In this document: piece after piece, positions 54,869 through 63,191 of the stretch
How the letters are laid out: each line of letters starts with the position of its first letter
Position numbering within the stretch: the first letter of the stretch is position 1
NCBI RefSeq assembly: GCF_006345805.1
Contig: NC_042997.1
Span: 88,288,001-88,352,000, forward strand
Length of the DNA stretch: 64,000 nucleotides
DNA from: Octopus sinensis
Lineage: Eukaryota
Reading direction: 5' to 3'
Program-made: the position numbers and the translations under genes
The notes under the pieces: model-generated
Seen by the model: the letters and a program-made list of their open reading frames with translations, nothing else
Told to the model about the DNA's origin: nothing
The model's database searches: none

Positions 54869-57800
54869 ATTTCAGGATGGTCATTTTTTTTTTCTTTTTG
54901 GCCAAATAGACACATGCACTATATATTTGTTCTTCACTTGTTTATTACTGTTCTTATTCTAACTCATGTCCATTGTCCAGGAATTTTTCCTCACACATCT
55001 GTAACCTGTTCAGTGACACTTTTTGTCTTCATGTGTGCACTTTCTCCACTTATTTCATTCTGCTCTTCTATGATGTATATCCTTATGTACACATGCATTT
55101 GCATCCTTGTTTGTGTGTATGCTTGTGTGTGTCATTGTTCTTAGTAGCTGTATGACCTTCCCCTCAGCCCCATCCTCTCCCTCTGTTGTTACTGCTGCTG
55201 TCCTATAACCCAAAAATTTGGTTTAGTTCCTGTATCCCTCTGTGTTTATGTGTTCGCCCACGGTGCTGCCATCATGGTAGTTGTTATTGCCATCATTGTC
55301 ACTGCCGCTGCTGCTGTCATTAGTCATGTTGTTGATACTGTTGAAGCTGTCTTTGAAGTTATTGTGTATGTGTTTGTGTGTGTATATGGGTTTGCTTCTT
55401 ATGTTGTTTGTATCCATGCTCTGTTTATAGATTTAATTTTTTTTATCTCTATTTCTTATATTTATCACAGGTTTGTGACAAATATATATATTTTTTTTTA
55501 TCTGTCTCTATTATATGTATCACAGGTATGTGTATATATGTCTCTTGTATGTGTATTACCCTGTTTGTATCTGCTTTATTATCATTTTATCTCCTCTCTC
55601 TTCTCCTCCCTTCTGTCTTTAGTCATGTGGTGTGGTATGGTGGTGGGTGTTTTTTTTCCATTCATGCTTTCTATTGAGGCTCAGTCTGTCTACTGCTATG
55701 TGTGTAACCTCTGTGATCTGTCTAAGTGTTGTATCAGTTCTAGGACAGCAGCAGTGACAACTTTTCCTTCCATCCTTCTCAGAGCTATAATATAAAGTAC
55801 AAATCAAGGACTTGAGTCATCTAAATATTACTGTGACACAGTGAAGCTGTGTAGCCTAGTGGTTGGGGTATTCAGCTCATGGTCATAAGGTCATGAGTTT
55901 GACTCCCAGTGGCACATTGTGTCCTTGAGCAAGACACTTTATTTCACTTTGCTCCAGCTGGTAAAAATGAGTAGTACCTGTATTTCAAAGGGCTAGCCTT
56001 GTCACATCTTGTGTCATGCTGAATCTCTCTGAGAACTACATTAAGGGTACACATGTCTGTGGAATGCTCAGCTACTTGCATGTTAATTTCATGAGCAGGC
56101 TGTTCCATTGATCAAATGAAGTGGAACCCTCATCATCATTATCAGTGGAGTGCCAATTTATCCTATACTGTGACACATACTAGTTTCAAATGGAATTATA
56201 AAATAAGGGGGAAAGTATGTAGGTCTAAGAAATTAAAAGGAATATCGAGTTGGTTTCTTTTAGATTTGATAAATTGCCCTTTATTTATATTTAAACAAAG
56301 AAATGGTTGTTCTAATGTTCATGCCTTTCCTATTATAAAATAGGATTCATATCAAACCAAAAAGGGAGCCTTAACAGTCATTTAATCAACTTGAAATAAC
56401 AGCCAAATATCCCTACTATCTTATCCTATCTTCTTAAAAATCCTGCCCTACCATCTCAGAAAAATAGTAATGACACACTGTTAATATATTCCTAAGCAAG
56501 CTGGGCAAAATGCGTAGCAGCATTTTGTCTGCCTTTGTGTTCTGAGTTCAAATTCCACCGAAGTTGACTTTGCCTTTTATACTCTCGGGATCAATAAAAT
56601 AAGTACCAGTTGAGTACTGGGGTTGATGTAATCAACTTAACCTTTCCCCGAAATTGCTGGCCTGGTGCCAAAATTTGAAACCAATATGTTCCTAAGTATA
56701 CAGAAAACGGGATGGTCATAGCTGAAGTACTTTTCAGCATAAGTCTGCTTGGGTGAAGATGACTTAGAACTAACAACATCATGAATTATAGTAAATAATT
56801 GACAAATATATAAAATCACTCACACACACACGGATGGATAGATGGGTGGGTGGGTGGATGGATCACTTGATTGATCGATCGTCGGAACTGCTCCATTAAA
56901 ATATATATACAATGTTTTTTCAAAATTTAAACACCTAGGCTTATAAGTCATCTCATTTGAGTAATACCTAAAAGTGAGTAAGGCAATTACATTTAAGGCC
57001 CTGAACTGCATGGTCAGTGTGTGGAATTCTTGACTCTGCTGAAATATCAAGTTCAGTTTCTTCTATGTGACTGTAGGACCCATTCTTCTATGTGGCTGGG
57101 ATGCTAGATCTTGAAGCATACCTTGCAAAAAAAAAATACATGCTTTACTGAACATCAGATAGAACAAGTACCTTAGCAGCAAGCATCTGTATTGGGGGTT
57201 ACCAGTGTTGAGTAGGAAAATAGCTATCAGAAGAACGAAGTTGGCTGGTCACTACCAGAAACACTGGGAGCTCCCAGTCATCAAGCTGGTATTATATTGG
57301 TATTGAAGGAAAAGGCCTTATCAACATACTTTGATATAAAAAAGAATGATACAGAAGCATAAATTACTGGCAAGTTAGCAAGATGTATGGAAGAAGCAAC
57401 CCCCAGAGAATTTGTCTGAAGGTATCCTAAACATGATAATCGTATAAATTAAAAGGGTTGTCATGGCTACAATAAAAAGCTTCATATGAGTATTCTTCAA
57501 ATAACACAATTGACTGCATTGTGTTTCTTTTTTTTTTTTTGACACATGAAAAGATTTGGTTTCAACACTACAAACTCAACAAAACCTTGCTAATTATACA
57601 ACTCACCAATTAGAGTAATAAGCTGTATTTCACCAAGGTACTAACATTGAAAATTAAGTGATGATAATGGAGCATTACTGATGGTACACTATCACATCAC
57701 TATTTTCTCTTACTCCTTATTTGAAATAATCCCCTTGACTTATTCAATTAAACAACAAACATATTAAAGAAAATACCATTTACTTGATTATGCAACTCAT

Positions 57801-60800
57801 CATCATCATCATCTTCATTATCATTTGACATCTGTTTTTCATGATGGCATGGGTTTGACAGGAGCTGGTAAACCAGAAGACTGCACAGGCTTCACTGTCT
57901 GTTTTGGTATGATAGTTTCTACAGCTGGATGCTCATCCTAATGCCAACCACCTTACAGAGTGGACTGAGTTCTTTTTACAAGGCACCATTAGCTCTTACA
58001 CTTAATAGTTCCTATGCTCATAACTCTATTGCTTTATGATCACAATCTCTGCTTCTTTGCTCTAAATTACGTTCACTTAATCAATTGTAGCTAAATTTAT
58101 GTCATCCACACAACCACAGCGTAATGTCCATTCCAAGAACCAATATTAAACAAACTGTTTTCTTCAGAGGTACCTCCCTAAACTCATATTCATTCAATCA
58201 ATTTCTACCTGCCTACTACATATTAACTTACAATTTAAACTAATTAAACATATTTGTTACAGTTAACTATCCCACAACATTTTATCTATCAGAGCTACTA
58301 TGGTGCCATGCCTTCTGCTCTTCCTCCCTTGGTTAGCAAATAACAAAAAAAAAACAAAATAGTAAAATTAGAAAATATATTATATTTCAGTTTAAATTCA
58401 ACAGAATAGGATTCATACATATGTATGATAGCACTGTAAAATATTGATTGTAAATTTTGGCACAAAGCCAGCAATTTGGGAAAGGTACTAGTCAATTACA
58501 CCAATTCCAGTACTTGACTGGTACTTATTTATCAACCCCATTAGGATGAAAGGTAAAGTTGGCCTCAGTGGTATTTGAATTCAGAATGTAAAGACAGATG
58601 AAATGCCACTAAGCATTTTCCCAACATGCTAATGGTTCTGCCTGCTCGACACCTTACCTTATAGCACTGTAAAATATTGAGATAAAGTAGAAATATGGAA
58701 CACACTAAGTATTTATTAGGGAGTTTAAGTCTGTTTTAGTTTTCAAATTAAGTTGATCAGACATCATCTTAAAGATTAATGTTAGTATACACAGCTCAGT
58801 TGCATGTCTGTTAGTTTTAAAATGATACATGTAGTTGTTGTTTAGTTTGAGAGCAGACATAATTGAACAAATCTATAATACTGTGTAACACGATTTTTAT
58901 CCTTGAGTAGCAACTGGTATTTCCTATTTGCTTACCCATAGAAAGTATGGAAAATGGTGAATATTTCCTTCAAACTTTGCTTTTGTTATATTTATTAAAC
59001 CCTAAAGAATCTCTCTCAACACATGGCTATGATGCTCCCTAACTACTCCTGCTCTTGATCAGAGATATACATTTTGTCAGCCACTAAGAGACATGTTCAT
59101 ACTAAGGAATGAGGTCAAGCAACTGACAAGCAAATCTGTGGTATTGAGCAGAATATTTGCTATAACAATATTTCTGCTTCAGCAACTCATCTCTGAATCT
59201 GTTTGAAATGTAATGGAAAATACGTCAGTTTCAAAACATTGATGTCCAAGTCACAAAAGCAAAGTTTGAAGGGAATAGTAGTCATCTCTTTCGATTTCTA
59301 GTGAGAGGGAAATAGGAAATAACACTTACTGACCAAATACAAAAAGAAATTTTAAAAATTTGGTATACAGTGTAATCTAAGGTGTTTTTGTCACGAACAT
59401 TCCATTATTTTGGTGTTACATAGGACTACATAAGTTAATGAGTCCTGTTATTACATGTGTTAGGATATGATTTGAGAGAAATCTAACTGTTAATTTGAGA
59501 AGATAGAATGTCTCTGTAGACACTCCTTCATTTATTCAAGTTGTCTATTGAAGTAACCGTTCACTAACCAAAGTGAGAAAAAGCAAACAGTTACTAGCCT
59601 ATCACCATGTTAAAGAACAATGTTAGTGTATACTGATCTAGCATCTTTTCAAAAGCAATCATTGTGAATATTGGATTGTTATTTGTTTGACAAAGAGCAA
59701 TGTTGGTAAACATTGGTGAGTTCCTGGAGTGTTGACTTATCAAAGAAATTGTTTGCGTATACCACTCTAAGGTCTTTTACTGGTCATATATTGTACTCTC
59801 TCATATTGTCAAGGAGAAATATTGGTGTATAGGGATCAGTTACTGATGTCATTTTATTAAAGTGCAATATCAGTATTTATTTGTCAGTTATTGGTTTGTA
59901 ATTTTCTAAACAAATCAGAAAACCAGATGGTGAATGTCTCATAAACATAAAACTGTTTGCCTTACCTAACTTTGGTAAGTGAACAGTTACTTCAACAGAA
60001 ACAATTTGAACTAATGTGGGAGCATCTATGTAATTATTTGATATTCTACAATTAGCAGCTGAATCTCCCTTAAAGCACACCTTCATCATCATTCAACGTC
60101 CACTTTCCATGTTAGCATAGTTTGACAGGATCTGGCAAGCCACAAGGCTGCATCAAGATTCAATATCAGCTTTGGCATGATTTCTACAGCTAGATACCCT
60201 TCCTAATGTTAAAAGTTTACAGAGTGTATTGGGCACTTTTTCATGCCACCAGCACTAGTGTAGTTTCCAAGTAATTTGCAAGACAGAAGGACAGGAAGAG
60301 GAAAAGAGGAGAAAAGCTTACACTGTTAAATGGAGAATATTTGAGAAGGGAAAGTGGCTTTATGCTGGGTGTTGTAAGATAGAGGGATAAGCACAGGCAT
60401 CTTCCTATTGAGGAGATACATAGCTACCCATATTATATATAGATGTGGGTGGAAATCATCCCAAAATAATTATATAAGATGTTAGAGTAAGACCACTGAC
60501 CAATAATTCATCAATATACACTAACATTGTTTTTTAATAAGTCGACATCAGTAAATGAATAGTAGCTGGATGTCAGACATAAAATTGACCTGTATACACT
60601 AATATTTGCCAGTAACTCACCTCTACATACTAACATTCCTCATTGATAAGTTGACAACAGTCAATTGATCAATATGCACTACTGTTGCTTTTCCATCGAG
60701 ATGACAGAACAGTAAATGAGCAGTATGCACTGACATTGCTCTCTGGTAACACATTACCAGTAACTGAGCAGTATACACTATTGTATATTCCTAGACAAGA

Positions 60801-62017
60801 TGAGAGATGAGTAACTGAATATTACACTAACAAGTACATTTCTACATGAACCTTCAATGCAGGTAGTTAATCAACAAGAACAGTGTTACTCAACCCTTGG
60901 AGGTCCATGGAAGATTTTGTTAAAATTTATGCACAATAAATTGGTTATACATCTACAATACACAAATTTTTTTTAACAATTTTTTATTAATCAGTTCTTA
61001 ATAATATTTAATTGTAAAAATATAATATGACTTTTTAAACAAAAAACGACTAGGAGGGTACATCTGAGTAAAATAGGAATCAAATGAGTCCAAAGATTAA
61101 AAAAAAAATGGTTGAGAAACACAGAACTAGAACTAGCAAGCAAAATCACACTAAAAGTAGAACATGTTCTGTGCTGTTTTCAGAGGTATTCAGTGTCTGA
61201 AAAAAAAAAGACAAGTGGTGGCAGCTTGATAATACTCAACAAAGTTGGAAATAAATATTTGTGTGTATGTGCATAGTGGAACACTCCAATGAAAACAGCA
61301 ACTCTGTACAAACATAACAGACCTGATATTGTTTTGTGTGACATGAAACAAAAGTCATGCATTGTAGAGGTCAGTTGCCCAGTAGATATGAATATACATT
61401 CAAAAGTCCAAGAAAAATAGAATATTTATGGCAAATTAATGCAAAACTTTCAGCTCTTGTACCCTGACTATAAATTCTCATTTGCACCTATCATCATATA
61501 TGCACTTGGCTGCATACCAACAAATTTACACAAAAACTAGGAAATACAAGGGTTTTTTTTTTTTTTGAAAAAAGGACAAGAGAAACTGACACGGATTCTC
61601 CAAATCCAATCTATTACTGGTTTGTAAGATATTCCAAAGATTCTCCATCAGAGATTAGTTAGGTAAATAGATGCACACACTTGGGTGTATGCATTGAGAG
61701 CTTAATCTAACACAACAACTCAACAACATATTTACAAATACCAGAAACTCTCTTAACTTCAAAAGTCTTATTGCTTTGTTAGTGACCAGCTTGAACTACA
61801 ATAAATCTCAAAGAAAAACATACATACATGCATACACATGCACGCATGCACACACACATACATACATACATACATACATACATTTTTGTATAACTTTCCA
61901 AAAGTTTATCATCTAAATATATTCTAGATATCATCTAAATATATTTCTAGATATGCAACTGCATGCATGAGAATACATACATAAAACAAAACATACAAAT
62001 CTACCCATACATACATA

Positions 62018-62063
<46 letters not shown>

Positions 62064-62099
62064 CACGCACGCACGCACACACACACACACATACATACA

Positions 62100-62130
<31 letters not shown>

Positions 62131-62886
62131 GTGCAGGCATACATACGTAATCATCTACATGCATTCACATGTAATATGCACTTATTGGGTGGCTCCTTTA
62201 GTAACTTGTACCTGCAGTTAAGAGACATGTGTTTATCATTACCATCACCTTCATCATTATTGTTATTATCCATTCTATTCCCATTGTATCAGTCATTAGT
62301 GAGTCTCAAAATCTGTAACTCTCAACAGTATGACCCCCTCTTATCCATTAGTTGCCCTCTGTGGGTTGAGAGTGGTTACTATCCATTTCCTGTGAAGTCA
62401 ACTCTGCCAGAGAATTGTGATAACATACACTATTCCATCTGTTCCAACTCCTCTTCATAATCATGATCATCATCATCATAACATGAACGTTAACAATTAC
62501 ATACCAAATCCCAAACTTAAATATTGGCTTTAAATGTAAAGGGAAACAACTCTTAAATATGTGTTACCTACAGTAGTGTTAATGTTAAAAAAAAAACGTT
62601 AATATACATATATGCTTTTATTTAGAAAGAGAGAAGGAAACAGACAGTGCCTGACAAACATACACACACACACATATGTATATATGTGTGTGTGTGTGTA
62701 TACATATGCATGTGAGTGTATGTATATTTGCATAGTTATGCATATGTAACAGATGTGATCCAGAAACAATGTTGTTTCTAGCCTTCCTAATGTCTGATTA
62801 AATTTCTATTGATTTCTTCAGATTCTAACATTTTGGGAATTCTACGAGCGTTGTGATCAAGCAGCTCGGTCAGCTCATGCTGTGAG
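8551..62886 (+). CDS. CNGB: Partial cyclic-nucleotide-gated channel beta subunit gene (CNGB/TAX-2-like); 4 internal exons, join(8551..8759,36660..36710,53343..53435,62822..62886)
   Basis: Spliced translation (G)KLYMSWLALVTLAFLYNCTVIPLRGVFPYQTEDNFYYWMAMDYLCDFVYLIDIIIFKSRVQFVNEGLLE/TNKKIIRKKYYMGPMFK/SDLASLIPLDLFYLLPHVNFNSWLRLPRMMK/ILTFWEFYERCDQAARSAHAV(R) is collinear with CNG beta subunits as recalled (LYNxxxIPLRxxFPYQT, DYLCDxxYxxD, LxPLD, LRLPR, FxEF). All junctions are GT-AG and phase-compatible. Confidence 0.95.
10650..10850. repeat. MITE-like inverted repeat
   Basis: TTTTGTTTCAATGCTGTACTATACC..GAATATATC (10674-10715) is the reverse complement, with a few mismatches, of 10791-10832. Confidence 0.65.
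12239..13489 (+). mobile_element. Full-length inactive mariner (cecropia/Hsmar1-like), 1,251 bp
   Basis: TA TSD at 12237-12238 and 13490-13491. Imperfect TIRs (TCATGTTGAGTAAAAAGTAAGCAATGTTTT vs reverse complement of AAAACGTTGCTTACTTTTTACTCAGCCTGA). Transposase relic ~12419-13415 with GRKAAETARNIN, WIPHDL, VTCNEKW (catalytic D to N), LHDN, GYEVLPHPAYS, LSPTD; several stops and frameshifts. Confidence 0.93.
14334..14437. repeat. Perfect 50-bp tandem duplication
   Basis: AATGCATAATTTCAAAGATGATAGAAGAAGGGGAAGTATTTATAGGAACT x2, plus AATG. Confidence 0.95.
15428..15800 (+). mobile_element. SINE family A, slightly 5'-truncated, abutting an RTE-type tail
   Basis: Collinear with the reverse complement of 6320-6762. 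Confidence 0.85.
15808..16460. repeat. Foldback (long imperfect inverted repeat) with extra partial arm copies
   Basis: Arms ~15904-16109 and 16128-~16355 around an 18-nt loop, e.g. GCAATCTTTATATCCTACTC / GAGTAGGATATGAAGATTGC and TTCCTCAGTGACAGGTGC / GCACCTGTCACTGAGGAA. Confidence 0.85.
16459..16612 (+). mobile_element. SINE family A, degenerate head half
   Basis: GGTCAGTCCTACTG...GAAACTGAAAGAAGCC followed by (GT)n(TA)n. Confidence 0.65.
17377..17924 (+). repeat. 548-bp near-identical direct copy of 20394-20941 (RTE endonuclease segment)
   Basis: Read by eye, about 7 substitutions in 548 nt; both in-frame stops (ACA TAG ATG; TGC TGA ACA) are shared. Confidence 0.93.
18875..18960. repeat. 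Compound (TG)n(AGAT)n microsatellite just upstream of the RTE
   Basis: Direct reading. Confidence 0.95.
19000..22295 (+). mobile_element. Decayed RTE-clade LINE (long 5' UTR, APE, partial RT, C-terminal C2H2-like motif) with a large internal deletion
   Basis: RRTALVSRELNHYNIDIAALSET, LGDFNARVG, LDYVI, TDH (APE); APGKGGI, GNYRSIALLS, SESQCGFRSGRGT, FIDLTKAFD (RT); CNVCSHVCLSRAGLIGH (C-terminus). Many stops. The 5' boundary is approximate. Confidence 0.9.
22357..22744 (-). mobile_element. Non-autonomous Helitron-like element (~388 bp)
   Basis: On the minus strand it starts A|TCTTTATATATAAAAGTG and ends with a GC-rich hairpin (CCGAGCAATGCCGGGCG) followed by ATACTG-CAAG|T (CTAG-like). AT target, no TSD, internal ~100-bp direct repeat. 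Confidence 0.75.
22756..23890 (+). mobile_element. Decayed DNA transposon, possibly hATm-like
   Basis: TAGGG left end; degenerate inverted subterminal repeats (22770-22810 vs 23845-23885); relic ORF with EMFDTCTCMC...DCHSQC cysteine cluster. Family assignment is from memory only. Confidence 0.4.
24066..24945 (+). mobile_element. Internally deleted RTE LINE fragment joined to its 3' UTR and (GAT)n tail
   Basis: SWKFLWNSLLSATDQVCGW, AKREAGWQVYIAK, HYERLLNVENEW, MKPGKAPGPSRITAEMLK, then GTAAAAAGCACC modules, AGGAAGGGCATCCAGC, AACGGATGTTAA and a GAT tail. Confidence 0.85.
26530..26885 (-). mobile_element. SINE family A, degenerate
   Basis: GGGACTGAACCC (reverse B box), CTACCAAATCCACTC, GACACTTGCCC. 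Confidence 0.75.
28750..29410 (-). mobile_element. Decayed LINE APE-endonuclease fragment (I/Nimb/Jockey-like)
   Basis: Minus-strand translation ILQYNINCIKNK ... TPPG ... TIIGRDFNA..SW ... DNARG. Confidence 0.6.
31270..32150 (-). mobile_element. Decayed RTE RT fragment with PHD-like insert
   Basis: Minus strand WPC*THRK*VGKHSVWGV*CKLCVYKKYSEIT and DLLSSREVCSESI resemble the WPCxVCRKGVGxNSIxC..CKxWVHK / DxISSGGGCSES pattern of PHD-containing RTEs. Confidence 0.55.
32923..33078. mobile_element. hAT MITE (156 bp)
   Basis: TIR CAGGGGCAGACTG / CAGTCTACCCCTG; perfect 8-bp TSD GTTCAAAG at 32915-32922 and 33079-33086. Confidence 0.9.
33765..33957 (-). mobile_element. SINE family B inserted in (AAT)n
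   Basis: GGCACAAGG...CCAGTACTCAACTAGTACTTATTTTATCAACCCC...CTAAGCATTTCGCCC. Confidence 0.75.
34570..35180 (+). mobile_element. RTE-type 3' UTR / non-autonomous derivative with 4 tandem hairpin modules
   Basis: GTGCYGGTGGCACRTAAAAAGCACC modules, AGGAAGGGCATCCAGCTGTAGAAAC, AACGGATGTTAA and a GAT tail. The same tail recurs at ~4490-4660, ~15290-15400, ~18590-18745 and ~24820-24940, and reversed at ~17045-17190, ~57810-57990 and ~60090-60250. Confidence 0.75.
36660..36710 (+). CDS. CNGB: CNGB exon B (51 nt; S2-S3 linker TNKKIIRKKYYMGPMFK)
   Basis: Acceptor TGTTTCTTTACAG, donor AAG|GTAAGA, phase 0-0; aligns with the linker segment between exons A and C (human CNGB1 TDKKDMRNNYLKSRRFK, from memory). 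Confidence 0.9.
36998..37218 (-). mobile_element. tRNA-like SINE family B with 18-bp TSD
   Basis: TSD TAGTGTTAGCATAATATT (36980-36997) / TAGTGTTATCATAATATT (37219-37236); minus-strand head GGTGATGAGCTGGCAGAATTGTTAGC, GAGTTCAAAT, central CCTTTCATCC...GATAAAAT..GTACCAG domain. Confidence 0.85.
37249..37462 (+). mobile_element. SINE family B with 18-bp TSD, head-to-head with the previous copy
   Basis: TSD AATATTAATATCATTGTA (37231-37248) / AATATTAATATCCTTGTA (37463-37480). Confidence 0.85.
38795..38856. repeat. (GTA)n microsatellite
   Basis: Uninterrupted trinucleotide run. Confidence 0.95.
39900..40530 (-). mobile_element. L2/Crack-like LINE 3' RT fragment
   Basis: Minus strand FQKLVLLFRVRRYFNPLQL...KAH..MEYC-like...GGA-like C-terminal pattern; GC content raised over flanks. 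Confidence 0.55.
41304..41794. mobile_element. CMC/Chapaev3-type MITE, copy 1 (491 bp)
   Basis: CACTGTGTAACACAATTTTT ... AAAAATTTTGTTATATAGTG TIR; 3-bp TSD TTA; internal inverted repeat CCTTCAAACTTTGCTTTTGT / ACAAAAGCAAAGTTTGAAGG. Confidence 0.8.
41850..42320 (-). mobile_element. RTE RT C-terminal fragment
   Basis: Minus strand SIVILTVAYACETW...DVFDRCCLKT*LRISW...SHVLHIP. Confidence 0.7.
42480..44260 (+). pseudogene. Decayed hAT transposase (BED finger to dimerisation domain)
   Basis: YCKYCNIIL...KHK..KH (BED), FSIIIDESTDIS (first catalytic D), GFASNNYSSVTGTKNG, VCICY.L, LSHLSVGAEKILFQMNSVKT (dimerisation); many stops and frameshifts. Confidence 0.8.
47120..47492 (+). mobile_element. SINE family A, full length
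   Basis: CAGCTGTGTGGTAAG...CCGGGTTCAGTCTC...TGAAACAGGTAAAAG. Confidence 0.85.
50330..51154 (+). mobile_element. 5'-truncated Tc1/mariner element of maT (DD37D-like) type
   Basis: FSDEKNF, NQRNDRW, TKFPVTVMV, FQQD, NSPDLNLLDYY motifs; right end resembles a TIR (...ACACACCTTG). Confidence 0.75.
51420..51780 (+). mobile_element. CR1-like LINE 3' fragment
   Basis: ECDLGII, HIFKIIKKA, WNP, NIDLLEAVWRCAT, EHLASLGI motifs. Confidence 0.6.
51815..51998 (+). mobile_element. SINE family B
   Basis: Same head and central domain; TSD ATTATTTTTACCACTTGT / ATTATTTCTAACACTTGT. Confidence 0.75.
53343..53435 (+). CDS. CNGB: CNGB exon C (93 nt; S3-S4 SDLASLIPLDLFYLLPHVNFNSWLRLPRMMK)
   Basis: Long polypyrimidine tract ending TTTCCAG at 53342; donor AAG|GTAGAA; phase 0-0; DLxSLxPLD and LRLPR motifs. 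Confidence 0.95.
53915..54070 (+). mobile_element. SINE family A, degenerate head half
   Basis: GGCTGTGTGGTTAAGAAGCTTGC...GGATTCAGTACC...GGTAGGTGGAAAC. Confidence 0.7.
54085..54478 (-). mobile_element. SINE family A, full length
   Basis: TACTTGTTTCAGTCATT...GACACTTGCCCAAGATGCCATGCAGTGGGACTGAAC. Confidence 0.85.
55842..56150 (+). mobile_element. tRNA-derived SINE with a V-domain-like core
   Basis: TAGCCTAGTGG (A box), GAGTTTGACTCCC (B box), GTGTCCTTGAGCAAGACACTT...TTGCTCCAG. Confidence 0.7.
56497..56682 (+). mobile_element. SINE family B, 5'-truncated
   Basis: TSD AATATATTCCTAAG / AATATGTTCCTAAG; central GATCAATAAAATAAGTACCAGTTGAGTACTGGGG. Confidence 0.8.
57000..57430 (+). mobile_element. 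RTE-X-like LINE 3' fragment
   Basis: TVGPILL, LYWGLPVLSRKIAIRRTKLAGHYQKH, TYFDIKKNDT motifs. Confidence 0.6.
58448..58660 (-). mobile_element. SINE family B with a perfect 20-bp TSD
   Basis: ATAGCACTGTAAAATATTGA at 58428-58447 and 58661-58680. Confidence 0.88.
58879..59372. mobile_element. CMC/Chapaev3-type MITE, copy 2 (494 bp)
   Basis: Collinear with 41304-41794; ends CAGTG; 3-bp TSD TAA. Confidence 0.8.
60490..60840. repeat. Degenerate ~50-bp minisatellite
   Basis: CAGTAAMTGAGCAGTATRCACT-like motif at 60610, 60658, 60710, 60758 and 60809. Confidence 0.65.
61170..61730 (+). mobile_element. 3' fragment of an RLE-type LINE (R4/Dong-like)
   Basis: HNRPDIVLCD...IVEVSCPVDMNI..K.QEK..IY...PIIIYALG..P restriction-like endonuclease pattern, followed by a CAA-rich tail. 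Confidence 0.7.
61990..62128. repeat. Compound (CATA)n(CA)n(CACG)n microsatellite
   Basis: Direct reading; it generates ORFs 61924..62154, 61931..62164 and the start of 61963..62460. Confidence 0.95.
62822..62886 (+). CDS. CNGB: CNGB exon D (65 nt; end of S4 and linker ILTFWEFYERCDQAARSAHAV-R)
   Basis: Acceptor GATTTCTTCAG, donor GAG|GTAAGT; phase 0 in, phase 2 out; the FWEF motif follows RLPRxxK as in invertebrate CNG-B. Confidence 0.92.
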
Positions 62887-62934
62887 GTAAGTTCTCCTAT
62901 CCCAAATGTGTGTGAGTGTGTGTGTTTGTGTGTG

Positions 62935-63105
62935 TGTACAGGTAAGGCTGTGTGGTGAAGAAGCTTCTTCTCAACCATATAGTTTTGAGTTCAGTCCCAC
63001 TGCATGACATCTTCAGCAAGTATCAAGGATCTTCTACAACGCTGGGCAAACCAAAGCCATGTTAGTACATTTGGTAAATAAGAAACTGAAAGAAGTCTGT
63101 TGTGT
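62935..63105 (+). mobile_element. SINE family A head, ~50 nt after exon D
   Basis: GGCTGTGTGGTGAAGAAGC...GAGTTCAGTCCCACTG...GAAACTGAAAGAAG. Confidence 0.75.
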
Positions 63106-63146
63106 ATACTAAATTAAATGATGATGATTAAATGATGATGATGATG

Positions 63147-63191
<45 letters not shown>

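Noticed and set aside
55250-55795. 181-aa hydrophobic ORF resembling a membrane protein
   Set aside because: Built from GCT/GTT/TGT low-complexity and (TG)/(TA) repeats; no domain motif or supporting exon structure.
60490-60840. CRISPR-like repeat-spacer array
   Set aside because: Repeats are highly degenerate and non-palindromic, there are no cas genes, and the context is a eukaryotic intron; a minisatellite explains it.
61963-62460. 165-aa His/Thr-rich ORF
   Set aside because: Translation of (CA)n/(CATA)n; the same applies to 18039..18500 and most other listed ORFs.
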